A stretch of DNA of 37,341 nt from an uncultured Flavobacterium sp. (lineage in GTDB: Bacteria > Bacteroidota > Bacteroidia > Flavobacteriales > Flavobacteriaceae). Made by a program: the position numbers and the translations under genes. Position 1 is the stretch's first letter. Each line of letters opens with the position of its first letter. The DNA is taken from positions 1 to 37,341 of the forward strand of contig CAYZBA010000001.1 of the NCBI GenBank assembly GCA_964476555.1, written 5' to 3'. The notes under the pieces were generated by a model that was not told where the DNA came from, made no database searches, and saw only the letters and a program-made list of their open reading frames with translations. Shown in pieces: positions 25,761 through 36,391 of this stretch.

Positions 25761-27239
25761 ATGAGCAAGAAACTTACCACTCGATCAGAAGATTATTCTA
25801 AATGGTATAACGAACTAATTGTAAAAGCCGATTTAGCTGAAAATTCAGCGGTTAGGGGCTGTATGGTTATCAAACCTTACGGTTATGCCATTTGGGAGAA
25901 AATACAAGCTCAACTCGACAAGATGTTCAAAGAAACCGGACATCAAAATGCTTATTTTCCGCTTTTCATACCTAAAAGTATGTTTGAAGCTGAAGAGAAA
26001 AACGCAGAGGGTTTTGCCAAAGAATGTGCTATCGTAACTCACTACAGGCTCAAGACTGATGAGCAAAACAAAGGAAAGCTCATGGTTGACCCTAATGCTA
26101 AGCTAGAAGAAGAACTCATCGTGAGACCTACTAGTGAAGCTATTATTTGGAATACATATAGAGGATGGGTACAATCTCACCGAGATTTACCTTTGCTGAT
26201 TAACCAATGGGCTAATGTAGTTCGTTGGGAGATGCGAACTCGACTTTTCTTGAGGACGGCTGAGTTCTTGTGGCAAGAAGGCCACACCGCTCACGCAACT
26301 CAAGAAGAAGCACTTGCCGAGACGAAAACCATGCTTGAAGTATATGCCGACTTCGTTGAAAATTTCATGGCTATTCCGGTTATAAAAGGCGTAAAAACCG
26401 AAAACGAACGTTTTGCCGGAGCAGTAGAAACATATTGTATCGAAGCCTTGATGCAAGACGGGAAAGCCCTTCAGGCAGGAACTTCACACTTCTTAGGTCA
26501 AAATTTTGCCCAAGCATTTGATGTGAAATTCGCTAACAAAGAAGGTAAATTAGAATACGTATGGGGGACTTCATGGGGAGTTTCAACTCGTTTGATGGGT
26601 GCTTTAATAATGACTCACTCTGACGACAACGGATTGGTTTTACCTCCAAACTTGGCTCCTATCCAAGTGGTAATTGTCCCTATATTTAGAAGCGACGAAG
26701 AATTAGAGGCTATTTCTGCAGAAGCAGACAAACTGACGAAAGAACTTCGTAAACTAGGCATCTCTGTAAAATATGACGACAGAACCAATCAAAAACCGGG
26801 ATTCAAATTCAACGAATACGAATTAAAAGGAGTTCCTGTTAGAATTGCTCTTGGTCCTAAAGATTTAGAAAACGGAACTTTCGAAGTGGCTCGAAGAGAC
26901 ACTTTGACCAAAGAAATTGTTGCTAAAGACCGAGTGGTAGCCCATATTCAAAACCTATTAAGCGAAATTCAAGACAATTTATTCAATAAAGCTTTACAAT
27001 ATCGTGATACTCATATCACAGAAGTTAACAATTTTGAAGAGTTTAAAGAAGTCTTAGAAAACAAAGGTGGGTTTATTTCGGCTCACTGGGATGGCACAAC
27101 AGAAACCGAAGAAAAGATTAAAGAATTGACCAAAGCCACGATTCGCTGTATCCCTTTGACTCAAAAACAAGAAGAAGGAAACTGTGTCTTGACGGGAAAA
27201 CCTTCTAAAGGAAGAGTGCTTTTTGCTAAGGCCTACTAA
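25761..27239 (+). CDS. proS: Prolyl-tRNA synthetase (archaeal/eukaryotic-like type)
   Basis: [51 protein letters not shown]-terminal FAKAY; no INS editing domain. Confidence 0.97.
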   Translation: MSKKLTTRSEDYSKWYNELIVKADLAENSAVRGCMVIKPYGYAIWEKIQAQLDKMFKETGHQNAYFPLFIPKSMFEAEEKNAEGFAKECAIVTHYRLKTDEQNKGKLMVDPNAKLEEELIVRPTSEAIIWNTYRGWVQSHRDLPLLINQWANVVRWEMRTRLFLRTAEFLWQEGHTAHATQEEALAETKTMLEVYADFVENFMAIPVIKGVKTENERFAGAVETYCIEALMQDGKALQAGTSHFLGQNFAQAFDVKFANKEGKLEYVWGTSWGVSTRLMGALIMTHSDDNGLVLPPNLAPIQVVIVPIFRSDEELEAISAEADKLTKELRKLGISVKYDDRTNQKPGFKFNEYELKGVPVRIALGPKDLENGTFEVARRDTLTKEIVAKDRVVAHIQNLLSEIQDNLFNKALQYRDTHITEVNNFEEFKEVLENKGGFISAHWDGTTETEEKIKELTKATIRCIPLTQKQEEGNCVLTGKPSKGRVLFAKAY

Positions 27240-27288
27240 GTAGTTTTCGAGTGCAGAAAAGATTTTTAAAAAATTTTCACCAGAGGTA

Positions 27289-27318
27289 TTGCAGATATAA
27301 AAAATAGTCGTATTTTTG
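27289..27318 (+). promoter_or_regulatory. Promoter TTG-N19-TATTTTTG for tRNA-Glu-tRNA-Glu-rpsT(-rplS)
   Basis: Canonical flavobacterial spacing, 23 nt upstream of the first tRNA. Confidence 0.75.
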
Positions 27319-27341
27319 CACTCGCTTAACTAAAGAACAAT

Positions 27342-27413
27342 GGTCCGTTCGTCTAGGGGTTAGGACGCCAGGTTTTCATCCTGGTAACAGGGGTTCGATT
27401 CCCCTACGGACTA
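27342..27413 (+). tRNA. tRNA-Glu (TTC)
   Basis: Cloverleaf: acceptor GGTCCGT/ACGGACT, anticodon arm CCAGG-TT TTC AT-CCTGG, T arm AGGGG-TTCGATT-CCCCT; CCA not encoded. Confidence 0.97.
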
Positions 27414-27421
27414 CAAGGCTT

Positions 27422-27493
27422 GGCCCGTTCGTCTATCGGTTAGGACGCCAGGTTTTCATCCTGGTAAGAAGGGTTCGATTCCCTTACGGGCTA
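27422..27493 (+). tRNA. tRNA-Glu (TTC), second non-identical copy
   Basis: Acceptor GGCCCGT/ACGGGCT, same anticodon arm, T arm AAGGG-TTCGATT-CCCTT; CCA not encoded. Confidence 0.97.
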
Positions 27494-27529
27494 CAAAAAT
27501 TATTTTTTAAAGAAAATTCACAAAAAGAA

Positions 27530-27781
27530 ATGGCAAATCACAAGTCAGCTTTAAAAAGAATCAGAAGCAACGAAAAAAAGAGAGTGCTTAACAGATATCA
27601 GCATAAAACTACGCGTAATGCTATCAAAGCTTTGCGTCTAACGACTGATAAAGCTGAAGCAGCAGAGAGACTACCTCTTGTTATCTCTATGATTGACAAA
27701 CTTGCTAAAAAGAACGTGATTCACGATAATAAAGCGTCAAACCTAAAATCAAAACTTACAAGACACGTAGCTGCTCTGTAA
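27530..27781 (+). CDS. rpsT: 30S ribosomal protein S20
   Basis: [12 protein letters not shown]...[22 protein letters not shown]. Confidence 0.98.
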   Translation: MANHKSALKRIRSNEKKRVLNRYQHKTTRNAIKALRLTTDKAEAAERLPLVISMIDKLAKKNVIHDNKASNLKSKLTRHVAAL

Positions 27782-27796
27782 TCTTTGATAACCATC

Positions 27797-27838
27797 ACCG
27801 CACTAACCTCTGACGAAAATCGTGAATGTTGGTTCGGG
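27797..27838 (+). ncRNA. Probable L19 ribosomal-protein leader RNA (L19-Flavobacteria-type cis element)
   Basis: Nested hairpin upstream of rplS: outer CCG-C-ACTAAC/GTTGGT-T-CGG, internal loop CTCTG/GAAT, apical ACGA-AAA-TCGT. An L19 leader candidate class is described for Flavobacteria; match not computed. Confidence 0.55.
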
Positions 27839-27863
27839 TCTTAAATTTTATAAAACTAAAGCG

Positions 27864-28214
27864 ATGTCAAATTTAGTAAAATTCGTACAAGACGAGTTCG
27901 TAACAAAAAAAGATTTCCCTGATTTTGCAGCAGGTGATACTATTACAGTTTATTACGAAATTAAAGAGGGTGACAAAACTAGAACTCAGTTCTTTAAAGG
28001 AGTAGTTATCCAAAGAAGAGGATCAGGAGCGACTGAAACTTTCACTATTCGTAAAATGTCTGGTTCTGTAGGTGTTGAGCGTATCTTCCCTATCAATATG
28101 CCAGCTCTTCAAAAAATCGAAGTAAATCAAAAAGGTAAAGTTCGTAGAGCAAGAATCTTCTACTTCAGAGAACTTACTGGTAAAAAAGCAAAAATCAAAG
28201 AAAAAAGAAAATAA
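27864..28214 (+). CDS. rplS: 50S ribosomal protein L19
   Basis: F.AGDTITV...EG.K.R.Q.F.GVVI, TFTIRK.SG.VGVERIFP, GKVRRARIFY.R. ATG 27864 is the start. Confidence 0.98.
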   Translation: MSNLVKFVQDEFVTKKDFPDFAAGDTITVYYEIKEGDKTRTQFFKGVVIQRRGSGATETFTIRKMSGSVGVERIFPINMPALQKIEVNQKGKVRRARIFYFRELTGKKAKIKEKRK

Positions 28215-28235
28215 TTCTTTATTTCTCTCGCATAG

Positions 28236-28275
28236 AAGTCCTTCAAAACCTTGTTTTGAAGGACTTTTCTTTTTT
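28236..28275 (+). terminator. Intrinsic terminator after rplS
   Basis: 14-bp perfect stem AAGTCCTTCAAAAC/GTTTTGAAGGACTT followed by TTCTTTTTT. Confidence 0.9.
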
Positions 28276-28311
28276 AGACCTATTCTAAAAATTAACAAAA
28301 GTTTAAATTAC

Positions 28312-28348
28312 TTAGTTCGGTCAAAACCGAACTAACCTCCTATCTTTG
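28312..28348 (+). promoter_or_regulatory. Operator palindrome (10-4-10) and -7 box TATCTTTG of the efflux operon
   Basis: TTAGTTCGGT-CAAA-ACCGAACTAA (28312-28335) perfect inverted repeat, 5 nt upstream of TAnnTTTG (28341-28348). Confidence 0.75.
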
Positions 28349-28371
28349 CTGCTCGTAATTTTTATTAATCC

Positions 28372-28902
28372 ATGCAGGCAGGAAATATACAAGAAAAAGA
28401 GGAATTGATAGAAATGCTTTCTATTCATTTTCAAAATTCCCACAACCTCTCTCCGCTCGGGGCCAAGATTTGGGCGGTTTTAATTATGGATAGAAACGAA
28501 GACGGCCTTACGTTTGAATATCTCGTAGAGCGTTTAGGTGCCAGCAAAAGTACTATATCTACTAATTTAAACGAATTACTCCAAAAGGAAATCATCTATT
28601 TTGAAACTCGAGAAGGAGACCGAAAAAAATACTTCAAAGCAGCTCCTTTTAGTCAGCGCTTTACCCGTATTTTAAAAAACATGGCTTTCGAAAAGCAACT
28701 CGTAGAAAAAATGATTGATTACAAAAGCAAAAATACCTCTCAATGTGCTATGGAGCAATGTGCTATGGAAAATCTCAAGGCTTTCAAAACCCACTTAATC
28801 GAAATGGAAAGGCTAACTCAAAAAATCATAGCCGACCTACAAATCATAGAAAAGAAAAACATTTTAAAACTAAAAGCAAAACCCAACTATTATGAGCAAT
28901 AA
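28372..28902 (+). CDS. GbsR/MarR-family winged-helix transcriptional regulator
   Basis: LSPLGAKIWAVL...GLTFE.L.E.LGASKSTISTNLN.L...I.F....GDRKKYF wHTH pattern; first gene of the RND operon. Confidence 0.85.
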   Translation: MQAGNIQEKEELIEMLSIHFQNSHNLSPLGAKIWAVLIMDRNEDGLTFEYLVERLGASKSTISTNLNELLQKEIIYFETREGDRKKYFKAAPFSQRFTRILKNMAFEKQLVEKMIDYKSKNTSQCAMEQCAMENLKAFKTHLIEMERLTQKIIADLQIIEKKNILKLKAKPNYYEQ

Positions 28903-29998
28903 ATCCTTTTTCAGTATAGCAAGTGCTATGCTTTTATTAGTTTCTTGTAAAGATGCTCCTCAACAACAAGCTCCGGGAGCGTTACCTTTTACGGTAAGTG
29001 AAGTACCTGTTAAAACCGTAATCGGTTATGACACTTATCCGGCGATGATTGAGGGTACAAACAATAGTGCCATCCGAGCAAAAGTTTCGGGTTATATCAC
29101 CAAAGTTTTAGTTGACGAAGGTCAAAGGGTAAGAAAAGGCCAAATTCTTTTCACTCTCGAAACCCAAGCCATGAGTCAGGATGCAAGTGCTGCTCTAGCT
29201 AGTGTTCAGGCAGCGCAAGTTGAAGTGGATAGACTTATTCCGCTAGTTGAAAAAAACATTATCGGAAAAGTTCAACTCGAAACCGCCAAAGCAAGATTGG
29301 CTCAAGCTCAAAGTGCATACAACAGCATTCGTGCAAATATCGATTACGCGAACATCAGAAGTTCCATTGACGGTTATGTAGGGGCTATCAACTACAGAGA
29401 AGGAGCTTTAGTAAGTCCTAACGACCCTACTCCGCTCACCACAGTTTCTACTACAGAAGATGTTTATGTGTTCTTTGCGCTTAACGAGAGTGACTACATT
29501 GACTTCTTGAATAATACGGAGGGGAAAACTCGTGAGGAAAAGCTTAAAAACTTCCCTGAGGTAGAATTAGAGCTCATCAACGGAACGATTTATTCTGAAA
29601 AAGGTAAAATCGAAACCGTAACCGGACAAGTTGACAAAGCAACCGGAACCATAAAGTTCAGAGCTAAGTTTGCTAACCCGGCCGGAATCCTAGCCAACGG
29701 AAACAGCGGTAGCATCAGAATCCCAAAAATTTATAATGATGTAGTTGTAATTCCTGAATCTGCTACCTATGAGCAACAAGGTATCGACTATGTTTATAAA
29801 GTTAAAAACGATACAGCTTATGCTACGATTGTAGAAATCGAAGACCGTGTAAACAAATTAGCTATAGTAAAATCCGGAGTTGAAAAAGGCGATATCATCG
29901 TGGTAGAAGGTATTGTGAAACTCCGTAATCAAACTCCTATTCTTCCGAAAAAAGTCGATATGGACAGTTTGATCAATTCGGTAAAACCAACTTTTTAA
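28892..29998 (+). CDS. RND efflux periplasmic adaptor (membrane fusion lipoprotein)
   Basis: Lipobox LVSC, IRAKVSGYI..V.VDEGQ.V.KGQ.LF, IRS.IDG.VG, VDKATGTI.FRA.F.NP. Confidence 0.95.
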   Translation: MSNKSFFSIASAMLLLVSCKDAPQQQAPGALPFTVSEVPVKTVIGYDTYPAMIEGTNNSAIRAKVSGYITKVLVDEGQRVRKGQILFTLETQAMSQDASAALASVQAAQVEVDRLIPLVEKNIIGKVQLETAKARLAQAQSAYNSIRANIDYANIRSSIDGYVGAINYREGALVSPNDPTPLTTVSTTEDVYVFFALNESDYIDFLNNTEGKTREEKLKNFPEVELELINGTIYSEKGKIETVTGQVDKATGTIKFRAKFANPAGILANGNSGSIRIPKIYNDVVVIPESATYEQQGIDYVYKVKNDTAYATIVEIEDRVNKLAIVKSGVEKGDIIVVEGIVKLRNQTPILPKKVDMDSLINSVKPTF

Positions 29999-30010
29999 TT
30001 CGTTTCAGTT

Positions 30011-33000
30011 ATGCTAAAAACCTTTATAGAAAGACCGGTATTATCTACCGTTATTTCAATCATTATAGTCATCTTAGGAGGTTTAGGAATTGCCGTTTTG
30101 CCTGTTACGGAATATCCTGACATTGCTCCTACTACTATTCAGATTTCTGCCAACTATCCGGGAGCGAATGCTCAAACCATGTTGGAGAGTGTTATCATCC
30201 CGATAGAAGAGCAAGTAAACGGTGTAGAAGACATGGATTACATCACCTCTACCGGAACTAACAACGGTACGGCTACTATCAACGTAGTTTTCAAGCAAGG
30301 TGTAAACCCTGATATTGCGGCTGTTAACGTTCAGAACCGCGTAGCTAGGGCCACTCCGTTGTTGCCTGCAGAGGTAACGCGTTCCGGAGTTGTGGTTCAG
30401 AAACAGAACCAAAGTGCTTTGATGTTCGTTTCGTTTTATGACACCGACGGAAAATATGACCAAACTTTCATTCAAAACTATATCAACATCAATGTTGTAC
30501 CTCAGTTAAAAAGGATAAACGGAGTTGGTGATGCCAGTGCTTTCGGACAGCGAAACTACTCGATGCGTATTTGGCTTGATCCTGTAAAAATGGCCAGTTA
30601 TAGCCTAGTTCCTTCTGATGTTACAGCTGTTATCAACGAGCAAAGTTTGGAGGCAGCTGCCGGGCAATTAGGAGAAAACAATGCCGAGGCTTTTCAGTAC
30701 GTAATTCGTTATAGTGGAAAATACAGAACTCAAGAGCAATACGAAAACATCGTTATCAAAGCTTTAGATAACGGGCAAATGCTATATCTGAAAGATGTAG
30801 CCAAGGTTGAAATGGGGTCTCAAAGTTACTCGGGAATTTCTCGTTTCAACGGGAGACCTGCTGCAGCAATGGCTGTGTATCAAACTCCGGGTTCAAATGC
30901 TCAAGAGATTATTACCAACCTGAAAAAGGAGTTGAAATCTATAGAAAGCAACATGCCGGAAGGGTTGAAATACACCGTGATGTTTGACACCAACCAGTTC
31001 TTGGAGGCTTCTATCTCTAAAGTGGTGAACACTCTTATTGAAGCATTCATCTTGGTATTCTTGGTGGTGTTTATATTCCTACAAGATTTCCGTTCGACTC
31101 TTATTCCACTTATTGCCGTTCCGGTATCTATCATTGGTACGTTCTTTTTCTTGAACCTATTCGGATTCTCGATTAACCTACTAACGCTATTCGCTTTGGT
31201 ATTAGCCATCGGTATTGTAGTAGATGATGCCATTGTAGTGGTCGAGGCGGTTCATGCCAAAATGGAAAAGACTCATCTTTCGGGTAAAAAAGCGGCGATT
31301 AGCACTATGCATGACATTTCGGGGGCGATTGTGTCTATCACCTTGGTAATGGCTGCCGTATTCGTTCCGGTAACTTTTATTAAAGGAACCACAGGAGTAT
31401 TTTACCAACAATTCGGTATCACGCTGATTGTTGCCATTGGTATTTCTGCTATTAATGCGCTTACCCTCTCTCCGGCTCTTTGTGCGTTGTTACTAAAACC
31501 ACATAAAGAAGAAGAAAAAGGGAAAAAGAAAAACTTTATGAAGCGTTTCTTCTTCCACTTCAACCGTATTTTTGATGCCATGACCACTCGTTATACGAGA
31601 AGCTTCAAATTCTTGATTGCTCACAAATGGGTGACTTTTGCTATCCTTGGAGTGTGTGGAGTACTTATTTATTTTGCAAACAAAACCATGCCTACCGGAT
31701 TCGTTCCTAGCGAAGACCGAGGTTTTATCATGGCGAATATCGAATTACCCCAAGGAGCAACCGGAGACCGTGTGGTAGCCTTCCAAGAGAAATTCAGACA
31801 ACAGGCCATGCAAATTCCGGAAATCGAAGGAATCACTCTGGTGGCCGGATTCAGCTTCATTTCTGGTCAAGGTTCCAACTACGGGATGGGAATGATTCGT
31901 CTGAAACCTTTTGAACAACGTAAAGGCGAAGAATCATCTATTCAAACCGTAATCGGTAAGCTATTCGGAATTGCCTCACAACTTCCAGAAGGTAAGATGA
32001 TTTTCTTCTCGCCTCCTAGTATTCCGGGATTCGGACAATCTTCGGGATTTGACTTGAAATTGCTAGACAAATCCGGAGGAGACTTGAAAGAATTTGATGG
32101 CGTAGCAAGACAATTTATCGGCGAGCTCATGAAACGTCCGGAAATTCAATATGCTCAAACTTCGTTCAACACTTCGTATGCGCAATACGAGATCGAATTG
32201 AACATCCCGAGAGCAAAACAATCCGGGGTTTCTGTTAACAGCATCTTCTCTGCCCTACAAGGATATATCGGAGGAATCTATGCAGCGGATTTCACACGTT
32301 ACGGAAAACAATTCCGTGTGATGGTACAGGCTTTGCCAAAAGACAGGGCATCTCAAGAGGATTTGAATAAAATATTTGTACGAACCAATGAGGGCACCAT
32401 GACTCCGATTACGCAATTTGTGAACTTGAAGCGAATCTATGGTCCGCAAACTGTAGACCGTTTTAACCTCTTTACTTCGGCTAGTATTTCGGGAGGAACC
32501 AATCCGGGGTACAGTTCCGGTGATGCGATTAAAGCGATTCAGGAAGTAAGTCAAAACAACCTTTCGACCAGCTACGGAATCGACTTTGCCGGGCTTTCGA
32601 GACAAGAGATCAATGCTGGTTCACAAACGGCAATCATCTTCGTGTTGTGTTTGGTGTTCGTATACTTCATCTTATCGGCTCAATACGAGAGTTATTTGTT
32701 GCCGCTTGCTGTAATTCTTTCGTTACCGGGCGGTATGATGGGCGCTTATTGGGCTCAGAAATTAGCAGGATTAGAGAACAACATTTATTTCCAAATCGCT
32801 CTGATTATGCTCGTCGGGCTCTTGGCTAAGAATGCGATTCTGATCGTAGAGTATGCTGTTCAGGGTAGAAGACGTGGGCAAACCATTGCGCTTTCGGCCA
32901 TCTATGCGGCTAAGGCTCGTTTACGTCCGATTCTGATGACTTCGTTTGCCTTCATCTTAGGATTGATGCCATTGGTATTAGCAACCGGAGTAGGACAAGT

Positions 33001-33166
33001 AGGTAACCGTTCTATTGCTACCGGAGCCGCTTTCGGATTGCTTATCGGAACCATTATCGGAGTGTTTAATATTCCTGTATTGTATGTCGTTTTCCAATGG
33101 TTACAAGAAAAAGTAAAACCTATTGCTCCTAAAGCCGAAGGAAGCAAGCATACAGACGAAGTTTAG
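30011..33166 (+). CDS. RND efflux permease (HAE1, AcrB/MexB-like)
   Basis: 1051 aa; FIERPV, YPDIAP, GIVVDDAIVVVE, GLLAKNAILIVE, RLRPILMTS. Confidence 0.97.
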   Translation: MLKTFIERPVLSTVISIIIVILGGLGIAVLPVTEYPDIAPTTIQISANYPGANAQTMLESVIIPIEEQVNGVEDMDYITSTGTNNGTATINVVFKQGVNPDIAAVNVQNRVARATPLLPAEVTRSGVVVQKQNQSALMFVSFYDTDGKYDQTFIQNYININVVPQLKRINGVGDASAFGQRNYSMRIWLDPVKMASYSLVPSDVTAVINEQSLEAAAGQLGENNAEAFQYVIRYSGKYRTQEQYENIVIKALDNGQMLYLKDVAKVEMGSQSYSGISRFNGRPAAAMAVYQTPGSNAQEIITNLKKELKSIESNMPEGLKYTVMFDTNQFLEASISKVVNTLIEAFILVFLVVFIFLQDFRSTLIPLIAVPVSIIGTFFFLNLFGFSINLLTLFALVLAIGIVVDDAIVVVEAVHAKMEKTHLSGKKAAISTMHDISGAIVSITLVMAAVFVPVTFIKGTTGVFYQQFGITLIVAIGISAINALTLSPALCALLLKPHKEEEKGKKKNFMKRFFFHFNRIFDAMTTRYTRSFKFLIAHKWVTFAILGVCGVLIYFANKTMPTGFVPSEDRGFIMANIELPQGATGDRVVAFQEKFRQQAMQIPEIEGITLVAGFSFISGQGSNYGMGMIRLKPFEQRKGEESSIQTVIGKLFGIASQLPEGKMIFFSPPSIPGFGQSSGFDLKLLDKSGGDLKEFDGVARQFIGELMKRPEIQYAQTSFNTSYAQYEIELNIPRAKQSGVSVNSIFSALQGYIGGIYAADFTRYGKQFRVMVQALPKDRASQEDLNKIFVRTNEGTMTPITQFVNLKRIYGPQTVDRFNLFTSASISGGTNPGYSSGDAIKAIQEVSQNNLSTSYGIDFAGLSRQEINAGSQTAIIFVLCLVFVYFILSAQYESYLLPLAVILSLPGGMMGAYWAQKLAGLENNIYFQIALIMLVGLLAKNAILIVEYAVQGRRRGQTIALSAIYAAKARLRPILMTSFAFILGLMPLVLATGVGQVGNRSIATGAAFGLLIGTIIGVFNIPVLYVVFQWLQEKVKPIAPKAEGSKHTDEV

Positions 33167-33200
33167 GAATTAGATTAATAATTTAGGAATATTCGATATT

Positions 33201-34592
33201 ATGAAACATCATTTAAAATATATACTGGTTGTAGGGAGTGCCTTAACTCTACAATCGTGTTTTGTGGCAAAAAATTACGACCGTCCGAATATAGACACAG
33301 CAGACTTATATCGTACAGAAGTGGTTGCCAAAGACACTACTTCTATGGCCGATATGCCTTGGCAAGAGCTCTTTACAGACCCGATCCTACAAGAGCATAT
33401 TCAAAAAGGGTTAGAAAATAACTTCGACATCCGTACGGCTATCCAAAACATTGCTGCTTCTGAAGCCGCTTTGAAACAAAGAAAAGCGGGGTATTTACCT
33501 ACTTTAGGGGTTACTGGTACTTGGACACACCAAGAAATTTCCGGGAACAGCCAGTTTGGTAGTATGTTCAGTAGCCTAGACCAATATCAATTGGCAGCTA
33601 ACCTGTCTTGGGAGGCCGACATTTGGGGGAAAATTCGCAGCAACAAAAGAGCTGCGAATGCTCAGTTCCTACAAAGCGTAGCTGCCAATCAAGCAGTAAA
33701 AACTCAAGTGGTGGCTAATATTGCTTCGCTTTACTACCAGTTGTTGTCTCTTGATGCTCAATTGCAAATTGCAGAGCAAACCTTAATCAACAGAAATCGC
33801 AGCATCGAGACGATTGTGGCTTTGAAAGAGGCAGGTCAAGTGAACGAAGTTGCCGTGAAGCAAACCGAAGCTCAAAAGTATGCTACGGAGCTTATCATCG
33901 AGGATTTAAAATACAACATTGAGATTTTGGAAAACACTATGAGCATTCTTCTTGGAGAAAGTCCTAAGAAAATTGCTCGCAGCAGTTTTGATGCTCAAGT
34001 GTTGAATCCTGAAATTGATTTGGGTGTTCCTGCCTTGTTGCTATCTAACCGTCCGGATGTAATTGCTGCGGAATACGGTTTGGTGAATGCCTTTGAACTT
34101 ACGAATGTAGCTCGTAGCAACTTCTACCCTAGCCTTACGATTACGGCTTCGTCAGGATTTCAGAGTTTAGAGCTTTCGGAATTAATCAATGCGAATTCGT
34201 TTTTCGCCAATATCGTAACCGGACTTACTCAACCTATTTTCAATCAAAGACAACTTCGCACTCAAAAGGAAATCGCTTTATCAAACCAAGAAAAAGCGCT
34301 TATAGCATTCGAAAGAGCTTTGAAAACAGCAGGCAAAGAAGTCTCTGATGCTTTGGCGAATTACAAGAACGAAACCAAAAAACTAACTATCAGAACCCAA
34401 CAAGTGGATGCGCTGAAAAAAGCTTCAGAATATTCAGAAGAGTTGTTGAACTATGGATTGGCCACTTATTTAGAAGTGCTTACTGCCAAAGACAATGCGC
34501 TTAGCTCAGAACTTAGCTTGGTAGACAACAAATTCAAACAAATGAATGCTATCATCACGCTTTACAAAGCTTTGGGAGGCGGTTGGAAATAA
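33201..34592 (+). CDS. Outer membrane efflux lipoprotein (OprM/NodT family)
   Basis: Lipobox LQSC, SWEADIWGKIR, RPDV.AAE, LYKALGGGW terminus. Confidence 0.95.
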   Translation: MKHHLKYILVVGSALTLQSCFVAKNYDRPNIDTADLYRTEVVAKDTTSMADMPWQELFTDPILQEHIQKGLENNFDIRTAIQNIAASEAALKQRKAGYLPTLGVTGTWTHQEISGNSQFGSMFSSLDQYQLAANLSWEADIWGKIRSNKRAANAQFLQSVAANQAVKTQVVANIASLYYQLLSLDAQLQIAEQTLINRNRSIETIVALKEAGQVNEVAVKQTEAQKYATELIIEDLKYNIEILENTMSILLGESPKKIARSSFDAQVLNPEIDLGVPALLLSNRPDVIAAEYGLVNAFELTNVARSNFYPSLTITASSGFQSLELSELINANSFFANIVTGLTQPIFNQRQLRTQKEIALSNQEKALIAFERALKTAGKEVSDALANYKNETKKLTIRTQQVDALKKASEYSEELLNYGLATYLEVLTAKDNALSSELSLVDNKFKQMNAIITLYKALGGGWK

Positions 34593-34596
34593 AACC

Positions 34597-35319
34597 TCAA
34601 TCTTTTGATAGAATGAATATACAAGGTCGGTTGTGCAAATCGACCTTTGTTTTTTTCCACTCCGAAACTTTTTTGGTTTGAATGAATTCCGTTTCTAAGG
34701 TAATATCTGCAGCAATACAAAGCAACGTATGGGGTTGCAGGATTTGAAGCAAATCTTCAAAAAGCTTATTGTTGCGATAAGGCGTTTCGATAAATATTTG
34801 GGATTGGTTTTTCTCTGAAGCGAGTCTTTCGAAATACTTCAAAGCATTTTTCTTTTCTTGTTTGTCTATCGGAAGGTAACCATTAAAGGCAAAACTTTGT
34901 CCGTTGAAGCCCGAACCCATCATTGCCATCAAAATAGACGAAGGCCCAACCATCGGCACGACTTGAATGCCTTTTTGATGAGCTATTTTCACTATAGCTG
35001 CTCCAGGGTCTGCAATGGCGGGGCAGCCTGCTTCAGACATCAACCCTACGTTGATTCCTTCCAAGCAAGGCTGTAACATCTCTGAGAATTCTTTGCTATC
35101 GGTATGTTTATTCAACAAACGGATTTTAAGCTCAGGTTGTTTTTTTTCAGGGAGAATTTTTTTGATGTGTCGTCGAGCGGTTTTCTCGTTTTCGACTATG
35201 TAATGGTCTATCATTTCGATAGTTTTGGCTACACTTTCGGGCAACACATCTTTGGGGTTGCTCTCTTCTCCCATCATTACGGGAATCAAATATAATTTTC
35301 CTAAAACCTTGCTTTTCAT
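34597..35319 (-). CDS. SAM-dependent methyltransferase, RsmI-like tetrapyrrole methylase fold
   Basis: GKLYLIP, SEAGCPAIADPG, VGPSSI, F.GYLP, FIETPYRN. Confidence 0.85.
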   Translation of the reverse strand: MKSKVLGKLYLIPVMMGEESNPKDVLPESVAKTIEMIDHYIVENEKTARRHIKKILPEKKQPELKIRLLNKHTDSKEFSEMLQPCLEGINVGLMSEAGCPAIADPGAAIVKIAHQKGIQVVPMVGPSSILMAMMGSGFNGQSFAFNGYLPIDKQEKKNALKYFERLASEKNQSQIFIETPYRNNKLFEDLLQILQPHTLLCIAADITLETEFIQTKKVSEWKKTKVDLHNRPCIFILSKD

Positions 35320-35323
35320 AGGT

Positions 35324-35351
35324 CAAAAGTAGGCATTTTTCCGTAATTTTG
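35324..35351. promoter_or_regulatory. Back-to-back -7 boxes: TACTTTTG (minus, 35324-35331) and TAATTTTG (plus, 35344-35351)
   Basis: Exact TAnnTTTG matches on both strands within a 65-bp divergent gap. Confidence 0.6.
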
Positions 35352-35372
35352 TAGTCAATTTTTACCCTTTAA

Positions 35373-36353
<981 letters not shown>

Positions 36354-36391
36354 TTATATTTGTCAATAACCTAAACTCTTTTTAATAGTAT

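Noticed and set aside
27342-27493. 80-bp-period direct repeat as a CRISPR or attachment site
   Set aside because: Fully explained by two tRNA-Glu genes; no spacers, cas genes or integrase nearby.
30083-33147. Several minus-strand ORFs inside the RND permease (and similar ones inside porU, the TBDR, E1 and proS)
   Set aside because: Antisense frames of long genes with no motifs or independent expression signals.
33162-33190. TTTAGGAAT direct repeat between the RND and OMF genes
   Set aside because: Two 9-bp AT-rich copies, compatible with chance, with no supporting structure.
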